A DNA stretch of 60,202 nt from Isosphaeraceae bacterium (GCA_027325115.1 DAHWFG010000348.1:1-60202), one strand, 5' to 3'; positions 17,688-26,448 are shown, counted from the stretch's first letter. A program made the numbers and translations. The notes: generated from the letters alone by a model not told the origin.

Positions 17688-19553
17688 ATGATCCGTTCGA
17701 TGATCGGTGGGGCCGCGTTTTTCGGTTCGATCGTGCTCGCTTTCGCATGCGGATTAACTGCGAGCGTATCGGCCGGCGAGGGCCGGTTTATGGAACGGCT
17801 CGGACGCGGAGTCGTCGCGATTCCAGAAGATTCGGGCAAGGTTTTCCTATCATGGCGGCTGCTGGGAACCGATCCCGACGCGATCGCCTTCAACGTATAT
17901 CGCAAGCCCGCGAACGATTCGCCGAAGAAGCTTAACGAATCGCCGATCACAAACGCGACATCGTTCGTCGATTCATCCGCCGATCTCACGCACGAGAACA
18001 CATATTTTGTACGTCCCATCGTCGAAGGCAAAGAACTTGATCCGAGCGGGACGTTCACGATCAAGCCGGGAAATAAGAATCAATATTTATCGATACCGCT
18101 ACGAACCCCCGCGGGCTACGAGCCGAACGATATTGCTCCGGGGGATCTCGACGGCGACGGCGAATACGAGTTCGTTCTTCATCAAGCGTCGAAGGGACGC
18201 GATAATTCGCAAAAAGGCGCGACGGGCGAGCCGATCCTCGACGCCTACAAGCTCGACGGTACGCATCTTTGGCGGATCAACCTAGGTAAAAATATACGCG
18301 AAGGCGCGCATTACACGCAATTTTTGGTTTATGATTTTGACGGCGACGGCAAGGCCGAGGTCGTTTGTAAAACGGCCGACGGTACGGTCGACGGCGCGGG
18401 TGTTATTCTGGGAGATCCCCAAGCCGATTACCGCAATCCCGCGGGATACGTGCTCGACGGTCCCGAATTCCTTACAGTGTTCGACGGATTAACGGGGAAG
18501 GCGCTCGCGACGACTCCTTACATCCCGCCGCGAGGCAGGGTTTCGGACTGGGGGGACGGCTACGGCAATCGAGTCGATCGCTTCCTCGCGTGTGTCGCGT
18601 ATCTCGACGGCGAACGGCCGAGCATCGTGATGTGCCGCGGTTATTACACACGGACGGTTCTCGCCGCGTTCAACTGGCGTGCGGGCAGGTTATCTCATGT
18701 GTGGACATTTGATACCGATAAGTTAGGTCGGGTCGGTACGAATTATCGCGGTCAGGGGAATCATAATTTGAGCGTCGGCGACGTCGACGGCGACGGCAAG
18801 GATGAAATTGTGTACGGAGCATGCTGTATTGATGATAACGGCAAGGGGCTTTATTCGACGGGTTGGGGGCACGGCGACGCGCTTCATCTTTCCGACATCG
18901 ACCCCGCGCGACCCGGGCTTGAGGTGTTTGATATTCACGAGCGGCCCAGGCATCCCAACGGCGCCGAATTCCGCGACGCGCGAACGGGGAAGCTCATTTG
19001 GGGGAAGCAAAGCCCCGACGTCGGTCGGGGCGCGGCGTTCGATATCGATCCGCGTCATCCGGGATACGAGATGTGGGCCTCGGGGGCCGGATTGACCGGG
19101 GTTTGGAATGTTAAGGGAGAAATCGTTTCGGAAAGCAAACCGCGATCGTGCAATTTCGGCGTCTGGTGGGACGGCGACGCGTTGCGCGAGCTTTTGAACT
19201 CGAACCGTGTGACGAAATGGAACTGGAACGACGCGACCGAATCGACTCTCCTGACCGATCCCGCTTGCACCTCGAACAACGGCAGTAAATCGACCCCCTG
19301 CCTCTGCGCCGATATTTTGGGAGACTGGCGTGAAGAGATAATTTGGCGTAATAAAAATAACAACGAACTACGCATTTACACGACGACGATTCCGACCGAT
19401 CTTCGGTTATACACGTTGATGCATGATCCGCAATATCGGTTGAGCGTCGCGTGGCAAAACGTCGGCTACAACCAACCGACTCAGCCCGGCTTTTACCTGG
19501 GAGCGGGGATGAAACCGCCGCCTCGGCCGAGGATTCGCACCGATTCGCCTTGA
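17688..19553 (+). CDS. Secreted polysaccharide lyase family 11-like (rhamnogalacturonan lyase YesW-like) beta-propeller
   Basis: Signal peptide: MIRSMIGGAAFFGSIVLAFACG. Repeated Ca-binding blades: DLDGDGEYEF, YDFDGDGKAEV, DVDGDGKDEI. The C-terminus LRIYTTT..LYTLMHDPQYRLSVAWQNVGYNQPTQPGFYLG is what I recall from PL11 enzymes. Confidence 0.6.
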   Translation: MIRSMIGGAAFFGSIVLAFACGLTASVSAGEGRFMERLGRGVVAIPEDSGKVFLSWRLLGTDPDAIAFNVYRKPANDSPKKLNESPITNATSFVDSSADLTHENTYFVRPIVEGKELDPSGTFTIKPGNKNQYLSIPLRTPAGYEPNDIAPGDLDGDGEYEFVLHQASKGRDNSQKGATGEPILDAYKLDGTHLWRINLGKNIREGAHYTQFLVYDFDGDGKAEVVCKTADGTVDGAGVILGDPQADYRNPAGYVLDGPEFLTVFDGLTGKALATTPYIPPRGRVSDWGDGYGNRVDRFLACVAYLDGERPSIVMCRGYYTRTVLAAFNWRAGRLSHVWTFDTDKLGRVGTNYRGQGNHNLSVGDVDGDGKDEIVYGACCIDDNGKGLYSTGWGHGDALHLSDIDPARPGLEVFDIHERPRHPNGAEFRDARTGKLIWGKQSPDVGRGAAFDIDPRHPGYEMWASGAGLTGVWNVKGEIVSESKPRSCNFGVWWDGDALRELLNSNRVTKWNWNDATESTLLTDPACTSNNGSKSTPCLCADILGDWREEIIWRNKNNNELRIYTTTIPTDLRLYTLMHDPQYRLSVAWQNVGYNQPTQPGFYLGAGMKPPPRPRIRTDSP

Positions 19554-19610
19554 TCCGGCGGCGAAGGGGTTCGATCTATCTACGAATTCACACATTTTAT
19601 GATTAGTAAT

Positions 19611-19649
19611 CGACGATTCGCGGCGGTCTCATCGGCTCGCGAATCGTCG
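19611..19649. terminator. 12-bp perfect inverted repeat (CGACGATTCGCG / CGCGAATCGTCG) with a 15-nt loop between convergent genes
   Basis: The arms, read directly, are 19611-19622 and 19638-19649. The repeat lies between the PL11 stop (19553) and the oxidoreductase stop (19761). There is no U-tract. Confidence 0.35.
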
Positions 19650-19760
19650 ACGATTCAACGATTTGATATGAGCGGAAATCGAGCTACGAAATCTCCCGCG
19701 CCGCGTTTGAGATCGGATCGGCCGGAATGGCGGCGCGGTCGAGGGAGTTCGCGGCTCGAA

Positions 19761-20867
19761 TTAAAGCGTTGGAATCAGCATTTTCTCACCGTTTTTCATC
19801 GCCGATTGGTGCGCGCAGATTCCCACCATCGTCCAATTCGCCGAGGTTTCGGCGTCGGGGAGCGCGGGACGATCGCCTTTGATCGCCGAAAGCCACGCGT
19901 GCGCGAGATGAGGATGCGATCCCCCGTGCCCGCCCCCCTGAATGAACGAGAGGTGCTGCTCGTCTTCGACGTTGTAAACGCCCTTCGTGGTGAAGCGACG
20001 GATCGGCTCGGGGAGCAGGTGCGCGAAATCGGGAACGTGAACGCGCTCGGGGATCTCTCCTTTGTGCAGAACGGGTTCTTCGCCTTCGATCTGCTGCCAC
20101 TCGAAGCTCGCCTTATCGCCGTAAACGTCAAAACTTTCGCGATATTGCCGCGCCGTTTCAAACAGGCTTCGCGTGACCTCGGCGGCGAGGTTGGAATCTT
20201 TGAGCTTCAGCGTCGCGGTTTCGATCGCGAACGGAGAGCCGTATTTGGATGTGAGCGAATCGCTGATCTTGCCCGACCCGTGACAAACGACGTGTTCGGC
20301 CAATTTACCGGGCAAGGCGAGGCACGGACTGACGCAGTGCGTCGCGTAATGCATCGGCGGCAGCCCCTCCCAATAGCCCGGCCAACCCGCCATTTCTTGC
20401 TGGTGCGAGCCGCGAAGGAACTGAATCCGTCCGATCGTCCCTTCTTCGTACAAATGTTTGACGAAGAGGTATTCGCGGCTGTAGACGACGGTTTCCATCA
20501 TCATATAAATTTTATCGGCGGCGCGGCGGGCCTCGACGATCGCTCGGCAATCTTCGATCGAGGTGGCCATCGGGACGGTGCACGCGACGTGCTTGCCCGC
20601 CTTGAGCGCCGCGAGCGATTGCGAAGCGTGATCCTGGATCGGCGAATTGATGTGCACGGCGTCGACGTTCGGATCTTTAAGCATGTCTTCAAACGACGTG
20701 TAACGAGCCTTGATTCCCCAGCGGTCGCCGCATTCCTCCAGGTCCTTCCGCGAGCGGCGACAGATCGCGTACATCTCGGCGTCGGGGTGATTTTGGTAGA
20801 TCGGAATGAATTCGGCGCCGAAGCCTAAACCGACGATCGCGACCCGGATTTTGGACTCTTTCGCCAT
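19761..20867 (-). CDS. Gfo/Idh/MocA-family NAD(P)-dependent sugar oxidoreductase
   Basis: It has the N-terminal Rossmann motif KIRVAIVGLGFGAEF and the EKP-like region LKAGKHVACTVPMA. The length and layout are typical of the family. Confidence 0.75.
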   Translation of the reverse strand: MAKESKIRVAIVGLGFGAEFIPIYQNHPDAEMYAICRRSRKDLEECGDRWGIKARYTSFEDMLKDPNVDAVHINSPIQDHASQSLAALKAGKHVACTVPMATSIEDCRAIVEARRAADKIYMMMETVVYSREYLFVKHLYEEGTIGRIQFLRGSHQQEMAGWPGYWEGLPPMHYATHCVSPCLALPGKLAEHVVCHGSGKISDSLTSKYGSPFAIETATLKLKDSNLAAEVTRSLFETARQYRESFDVYGDKASFEWQQIEGEEPVLHKGEIPERVHVPDFAHLLPEPIRRFTTKGVYNVEDEQHLSFIQGGGHGGSHPHLAHAWLSAIKGDRPALPDAETSANWTMVGICAHQSAMKNGEKMLIPTL

Positions 20868-21150
20868 GGCGCAAGTCCCTTTATGAGCTTAAGGTTGAGG
20901 GAATCGATAACGAACGACGCGCGATTCTCTTGGACCCGAAATCGCACGCCGATTAGCAGAATAGTTGGTTTGCGCGTTGAAAACAAGTAAGCTGATCGTA
21001 CGACTCGGACGCGTCGGGGCGATTCTCCCGCGATCGACGCTGATTTCCTTAAAACGATTTCGCGTCGTCGGCTCTCTCCCGCTCGGACGCCTCCGTCCGC
21101 GTCGCATGATCAAAGATGTTCAATTGTATAACAATGGGAGATCGTCATCG

Positions 21151-22935
21151 ATGATTCGAATTCGTTCGGCCTGTTTGCCGATCGCCGCGGCGCGGATCGC
21201 GTGTCTTTTGGGCCTGGCGGCGAGCTCGCTTTCGGCGCAAACCGCCGCGCCCGAGAATCCGAGCCGGTTGCGCGTTCAAAAAAGCGAATCGAGCTACATC
21301 TTATTAAGTGAGCCGTCTCACGTGACGCCCTTGCCGTCGGCGACGTCCAATATCGAAGCCGTGGCTCGGATCAAGGACGAGGGGCTCAAACGTTCTCAAG
21401 TGATGAAAACGCTTAGTTATCTAACCGACGTGATCGGTCCCAGGCTCACGGGATCCGCCAATCTCAAACGCGCCAATCAGTGGACGCGCGACAAGATGGT
21501 TGAATGGGGGCTCTCGAACGCTCACCTCGAGGCGTGGGGGCCGTTCGGCAGGGGCTGGACGCTCAAACGATTCTCGGCTCAGGTCGTCGATCCGCAATGC
21601 ATCCCGTTGATCGCGTATCCGCGAGCGTGGTCGCCCGGAGTCAAGCTCGACAACGCCCCCGTCGTTTACTTCGACGCCAAAACCGAGGCCGATTTCGCCA
21701 AATATCACGGCAAGCTCAGCGGCGCGATCGTCCTCACGGGTCAGCCCAGAACGCTTAAGGCGCATTTTGAGCCCGAAGGCAAACGCAAGACCGACTCCGA
21801 ACTCCTCAAGCTGGCCGACGATCAAGAACGTGAAGGGCGCAATAACATCAACCGACGGAACATCCGTAACAATCCCAGATATCTTGCGCGTCAGCTTCAG
21901 GCGAAGAAAGTCGCGTTCTTGGCGGCCGAATCGCCGGCTTTATTGATCGATCCCAGCTCGATCGGCGACGGCGGCACGCTCTTCGTCGACTCGGCGACCG
22001 TCCCCGCTCCCCCGTCGACCGCTCCCGGATCGCGTCCCCGTCCCTGGCAAAAAAACGCCCCCGCGATCGTTCCCCAAATCGTGATGGCGACCGAACATTA
22101 CAATCGACTCGTCCGGATGATCCAACAGGGTGAAAGCCTGAAAATGTCGGTTGATATTGATGTCTCGTACGAAGATTCAGACGCCATGGCGTACAACACG
22201 ATCGCCGAGATTCCCGGAACCGATCTCAAAGATGAGATCGTGATGTTGGGAGGGCATATGGATTCTTGGCATTCGGGAACGGGGGCGACCGACAACGGCG
22301 CGGGGATCTCGGTCGCGATGGAGGCCGCGAGGATCATCAAGGCCTCGGGTCTCAAGCCGCGACGTACGATCCGCGTCGCGCTTTGGTCGGGCGAGGAACA
22401 GGGGCTTTATGGATCACGTGCTTACGTAAAAGAACATTTCGGATCGATTCACGAGAAAAAGCTGATCAATTTCGTTCGGCTCGTCTCGGGGGATAAACCC
22501 CTCCCGTCGCTCGAGATTAAACCTGAACATGAAAAGCTCTCGGTCTATTTCAATCTCGATAACGGCACGGGAAAGATCAGGGGCGTTTATCTCCAGGGGA
22601 ACGAGGCGGCTCGGCCGATCTTCCGCGAATGGCTCAAGCCGTTCGCCGACATGGGGGCGAGCACGCTGGCGATCTCGGATACAGGGGGAACCGATCACCT
22701 CTCGTTCGACGCGATCGGTCTTCCCGGCTTCCAATTCATCCAGGACGAGATCGAATACAACGCGCGCACGCACCATTCGAACCAGGATGTGTTCGATCGC
22801 ATTCAGGAAGACGATCTCAAGCAGGCGTCGGTCATCATGGCGACGTTCGTTTATAACGCCTCGACGATGAACGTACGATTCCCCCGCAAGCCTCTTCCCA
22901 AGGAAGACGCAATGTCGGTTTTCGATCTGTTCTGA
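21151..22935 (+). CDS. Secreted M28-family Zn aminopeptidase with a PA-domain insert
   Basis: Signal peptide: MIRIRSACLPIAAARIACLLGLAASSLSAQT. Metal-ligand blocks: GGHMDSWHSGTGATDNGAG, ALWSGEEQGLYGS and GGTDHLSF. The start was chosen at 21151; the ORF opens at 20965. Confidence 0.75.
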   Translation: MIRIRSACLPIAAARIACLLGLAASSLSAQTAAPENPSRLRVQKSESSYILLSEPSHVTPLPSATSNIEAVARIKDEGLKRSQVMKTLSYLTDVIGPRLTGSANLKRANQWTRDKMVEWGLSNAHLEAWGPFGRGWTLKRFSAQVVDPQCIPLIAYPRAWSPGVKLDNAPVVYFDAKTEADFAKYHGKLSGAIVLTGQPRTLKAHFEPEGKRKTDSELLKLADDQEREGRNNINRRNIRNNPRYLARQLQAKKVAFLAAESPALLIDPSSIGDGGTLFVDSATVPAPPSTAPGSRPRPWQKNAPAIVPQIVMATEHYNRLVRMIQQGESLKMSVDIDVSYEDSDAMAYNTIAEIPGTDLKDEIVMLGGHMDSWHSGTGATDNGAGISVAMEAARIIKASGLKPRRTIRVALWSGEEQGLYGSRAYVKEHFGSIHEKKLINFVRLVSGDKPLPSLEIKPEHEKLSVYFNLDNGTGKIRGVYLQGNEAARPIFREWLKPFADMGASTLAISDTGGTDHLSFDAIGLPGFQFIQDEIEYNARTHHSNQDVFDRIQEDDLKQASVIMATFVYNASTMNVRFPRKPLPKEDAMSVFDLF

Positions 22936-22950
22936 TTCCAGAGCACGGTG

Positions 22951-22968
22951 TTCCAACACGTGTTGGAA
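22951..22968. terminator. Perfect 18-nt palindrome TTCCAACACGTGTTGGAA between convergent operon ends
   Basis: The palindrome was read directly and is its own reverse complement. It lies 16 nt after the peptidase stop and 25 nt after the stop of the last BMC-operon gene. There is no U-tract. Confidence 0.4.
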
Positions 22969-22992
22969 ATCGTCTCTGTTATGGATGTTTGA

Positions 22993-24402
22993 TTAAGACC
23001 CCAGTCCCAGTCGCTTGCGGTGATACGAGAGCCTCTGGGACGGGTTCATTTTGGCGAAATCGGGCCTGCCGTCGGGGAGGGTCGGATACGTTCGCTCGGA
23101 ACCCGCCGAAACGGCCTCGACGCTCGGCTGAAAGGCGCGCGACGCGCTTTGCGTCACGCGTGGAGCGAACAAGATCGATCCCGCGGAGGCCGAGACGACC
23201 GACCCGTTTGATGAAGGTTCGTTCGCATGCTTTTCGTGGCATCGGCACGCATGCGTTGATGATTGGTTTCCCGGCTCGGCCGACGTCGATCGGGTTGCGA
23301 TCGATCCATTCGCGCTCGCTTGTGAAACCGACGATGAAGCGGATTCATTTTTTTGAGCGACGACCGAGGTCGAAGACGATCCGTAGCTCATCGAAGCCGA
23401 TTGATGTTTGAGGTCGTCTTCGAGCGATCGATGCGGGCGTACGCCCAGTTTGGAAAGCACCGCGTGGTACGCCTTGACGGCGTCGACCGGGCCGATCACT
23501 CCGTCGACGATCAGGCGAAGGAAGTGGACGAACGCGAGCTGATTTTCGGCGTTGTTGATCTTTCGGCCGAAGAGCGCAACCTTCGCCCCGTATTTCTGAG
23601 CGTCGTAGAGGAGTTGGAACGCGTCGAGCGTCGTCCCCGAAGCGCCTCCCAAAATACCGATCACAAGTTTGGGATCAAAACGAAACAATTCTTCCATCGC
23701 CCGCGGTCCGTGATACACCATCTTGAGGAATTGGGGACGTCCCGCGGGGGCGACACCGGCGAGCATGCGCGTGATCATATCATTGATATAACCAGGCAAA
23801 AGATCGGGAGCGACCGCGCCCGGAATGTTGGGATCGAACACCTCGAGAAAATAGCGAAAGCCTTTGCGTTCGGCCTCGATGCGGAATTCATGAAAGCGTT
23901 CGAGCGTTTCCTGGTCGCGATCGAGATCGTTGTTGAAGGTGACGCTATAAAGCCCCAGGTTCGCCCCCAGCGAGCGTTCTTGGTCGGCGCAATCTTCGTG
24001 TCCGCATTGGATATGATCAATCGTCGCCGAGCGGAACGGACGCGAGGGGCTCGAAGAATACCGCGATCCGCGCGCCAGGTGAATGTCGGTCGTATCGTTG
24101 GCGCGGACCGCGGGAGTTACGTGTGATTGTTCGAACAAACGTTCTTCAATCGTGAGCGCATGATTGTTATAAGCCGACATCAACATGATATCGACAAATC
24201 CCTGGCGGGTGATCGCGCGGATGTTCTCGCGATAATCCTCGAGAGTTTTGAAGCGAGCCTCGCCGCCGAGCGATTCAGGGGATTTTCCCGGAGCGCCCAG
24301 GCCGAAGGCCATGTCGCCGTCTTTGGCGTCGGCAAGGATGAACTCGCGACAGTTCGGGTCGGCGTCGATGAGCGCCAATTTTCGGTCGAGCGATTTATCC
24401 AT
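22993..24402 (-). CDS. Class-I-aldolase-like (DhnA/FbaB/LacD-type) TIM-barrel protein with a ~135-aa Ser-rich C-terminal tail; last gene of the BMC operon
   Basis: FILADAKDGDM, RYFLEVFD, PQFLKMVYHG (candidate Schiff-base Lys strand) and VIGILGGASGTT..GAKVALFGRKINN resemble the phosphate-binding end of class I aldolases. From about aa 334 the protein is Ser-rich low complexity. The start overlaps the upstream stop by 8 nt. This is a motif-level call only. Confidence 0.45.
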   Translation of the reverse strand: MDKSLDRKLALIDADPNCREFILADAKDGDMAFGLGAPGKSPESLGGEARFKTLEDYRENIRAITRQGFVDIMLMSAYNNHALTIEERLFEQSHVTPAVRANDTTDIHLARGSRYSSSPSRPFRSATIDHIQCGHEDCADQERSLGANLGLYSVTFNNDLDRDQETLERFHEFRIEAERKGFRYFLEVFDPNIPGAVAPDLLPGYINDMITRMLAGVAPAGRPQFLKMVYHGPRAMEELFRFDPKLVIGILGGASGTTLDAFQLLYDAQKYGAKVALFGRKINNAENQLAFVHFLRLIVDGVIGPVDAVKAYHAVLSKLGVRPHRSLEDDLKHQSASMSYGSSSTSVVAQKNESASSSVSQASANGSIATRSTSAEPGNQSSTHACRCHEKHANEPSSNGSVVSASAGSILFAPRVTQSASRAFQPSVEAVSAGSERTYPTLPDGRPDFAKMNPSQRLSYHRKRLGLGS

Positions 24403-25513
24403 TGCGGCCGTTTCCTCCGCGTCCCGAGATCGTCACTCGAGAACTCGAACTTCCCGCGGAACTCGTCGTCACCCGCACCGATCCCGCGGGCTTTGAGTTC
24501 GACGAGCTTTTCGGGCTCGCCGCCGCGGCCGATCCGTTCGTCGAAGACGCTGAGATATTTGATTTTGCCTGTGCGTTAGCGCCGTCGGAACCGAGCACCT
24601 GAGCGATCGTTTGTTTGAGCGTTTCGGCCGATCGCCGGAGCGCGGCGATCTCGGCGGGCCAAAGCTCGATTTCCAGGTGTTTCACGACCCCCGCTCGGCC
24701 GACGACCGTGGGAACCGAGAGGCTCACGTCGCGGATTCCGTAAGTTCCCAACACGAGCGACGAGACGGGGAGAATTCGTTTGAGATCGAGCGCGATCGCG
24801 TGGACGACATCGCGAATCGCGATCCCGACGGCGAAGCCCGCGCCTCCTTTGAGCTTGATCACCTCGGCGCCGCTTCCCTTCGTCTTTTGAAAGAGCGTGT
24901 CGGCGAGCGTGCGCGACCAACCCGGATATTTGTCGAGCGGAAGCCCCGCGATTTGCGCCGACGACCAGATCGGAACCATGCTGTCGCCGTGCTCGCCCAG
25001 AATGAGAGCGTTCACCTGCGTCGGGGGGGCGTCGAGCGCCTCCGCGATGATCCCGCGAAACCGAGCCGTGTCGAGCTGCGTCCCAAGCCCAATGACTTGC
25101 GTAAGAGGGATCGGCAGTTTTTTGGCCGCGAGATACGTTAAAACGTCGACCGGATTCGAGACGACGAGAATCACCGCGTCATTCTTGAGCCCCGCCTTAT
25201 GAATTTGCTCAAGAATACCCAGAAACAACGCGACGTTGCGATTGATCAGATCGAGTCGGCTCTCGTCGGGCTTGCGGCGCAACCCCGCGGTGATCACGAC
25301 GACGTCGCTTGTCGGGATCTCTTCATATCCCGACGAATAGATTTTTTGATCGGCGACGAGCGCGGCGCCGTGGAGCAGGTCGAGCGCCTGGCCTCGACAA
25401 AGATCGGCGCCGATATCGATGAGAGCGATTTCGCTCGCCACCGCGCCGCACTGAAGCGCAAACGCCGCGCACGATCCGACGAGCCCTCCGCCGCCGATGA
25501 TGCTTACTTTCAT
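24395..25513 (-). CDS. LDH/MDH-family 2-hydroxyacid dehydrogenase with a 64-aa Ser-rich C-terminal tail
   Basis: Motifs: MKVSIIGGGGLVGS (Rossmann), ITAGLRRKPDESRLDL (Arg at the Q/R102 specificity position, plus R109), SNPVDVLTY, GTQLDTARFR (D168, R171) and ILGEHGDS (H195). The tail SNISASSTNGSAAAASPKSSSNSKPAGSVRVTTSSAGSSSSRVTISGRGGNGRNG is not part of the LDH fold. Confidence 0.85.
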   Translation of the reverse strand: MKVSIIGGGGLVGSCAAFALQCGAVASEIALIDIGADLCRGQALDLLHGAALVADQKIYSSGYEEIPTSDVVVITAGLRRKPDESRLDLINRNVALFLGILEQIHKAGLKNDAVILVVSNPVDVLTYLAAKKLPIPLTQVIGLGTQLDTARFRGIIAEALDAPPTQVNALILGEHGDSMVPIWSSAQIAGLPLDKYPGWSRTLADTLFQKTKGSGAEVIKLKGGAGFAVGIAIRDVVHAIALDLKRILPVSSLVLGTYGIRDVSLSVPTVVGRAGVVKHLEIELWPAEIAALRRSAETLKQTIAQVLGSDGANAQAKSNISASSTNGSAAAASPKSSSNSKPAGSVRVTTSSAGSSSSRVTISGRGGNGRNG

Positions 25514-25551
25514 ATCTTCAGATCCTTAAAAATGAATGAGCGGTTGGATCG

Positions 25552-26448
25552 TCAAGCCGGAACGCCCGCGAGCGCCCGCATCACCTGATCGGTGATCGCC
25601 GCGACGAGCGATTCGACGTCTCCGCCGGCCGCTTGATCGGCATGAGCCGACCCCGTCGATCGCTGTTGATCTTGATATTTGGCGGGAATGAACGCGTGCG
25701 GCTCGGGTTTGAAATCGGAATACCCCTCGCGAAACAGGCTGTTGCCGCAGAGGTCGCAATTTTCGAGCCCGCGTTCGAGCCGCGCGTCGCGAATGCCGAG
25801 ACCAGGCTTGATTTTGATCAGCTCGGCGGCTTTTTCATCCGAGTAATAATTCACTCGACCAAGCTGTTTGGTGAGGATCAAGATGCGGCAGTAGCCGTCG
25901 ATGATCTCGGTTTTGAAATACGCGTCTTCGAGGTCGACTCCCGCGGTGATCGTCCCGTGATTCGCGAGGATGATCGTATCGGTATCTTTGATGTAAGGCA
26001 GCACGGTGTTCGCGAACGCCTGTGTACCAGGGGTTTCGTAAGGGGTGATCGCCACCTCGCCGAGGAAGACCTCGAACTCGGGCATCGTGCACTTGGGGAT
26101 CGGCTCGTGCGCCACGGCGAACGCCGTCGCGTGAGGGGGATGACAATGAACGCACGAATTGACGTCGGGTCGCGCTTTGAGAATCGACAAGTGAAGGAGA
26201 ATCTCACTCGACCGTTTTCGCGTTCCCGCGAGCTGATTCCCCTCGAGATCGACGATGCAAAGATCGTCGGGCTTCATAAACCCTTTCGATACCCGCGTGG
26301 GGGTGCACAAGACGCGATTTTCACCGAGTCGCATCGAGATGTTGCCGTCGTTCGCCGCGGCGAAACCCTTGGCGTAAACGCGTCTGCCGATCTCGCACAT
26401 CCGCTCGCGCAGCTTCCATTCGCTCATCAAAGTTCCATTGGCGCTCAT
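25552..26448 (-). CDS. Class II aldolase (L-fuculose/L-rhamnulose-1-phosphate aldolase-like) with a C-terminal extension and encapsulation-peptide-like helix
   Basis: Fold motifs: AANDGNISMRL, the Zn ligands VHCHPPHATAF and ILANHGTITAG. An ~80-aa extension ends in DVESLVAAITDQVMRALAGVPA. ATG 26448 is preceded by AGGAG 9 nt upstream; the ORF track start at 26508 would overlap the upstream gene. Confidence 0.85.
   Translation of the reverse strand: MSANGTLMSEWKLRERMCEIGRRVYAKGFAAANDGNISMRLGENRVLCTPTRVSKGFMKPDDLCIVDLEGNQLAGTRKRSSEILLHLSILKARPDVNSCVHCHPPHATAFAVAHEPIPKCTMPEFEVFLGEVAITPYETPGTQAFANTVLPYIKDTDTIILANHGTITAGVDLEDAYFKTEIIDGYCRILILTKQLGRVNYYSDEKAAELIKIKPGLGIRDARLERGLENCDLCGNSLFREGYSDFKPEPHAFIPAKYQDQQRSTGSAHADQAAGGDVESLVAAITDQVMRALAGVPA

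Noticed and set aside
19599-20828. 409-aa plus-strand ORF
   Set aside because: It lies entirely antisense to the Gfo/Idh/MocA gene. Its translation is Arg-rich and motif-free, whereas the minus strand has a clean Rossmann motif. This is a typical shadow ORF of a high-GC genome.
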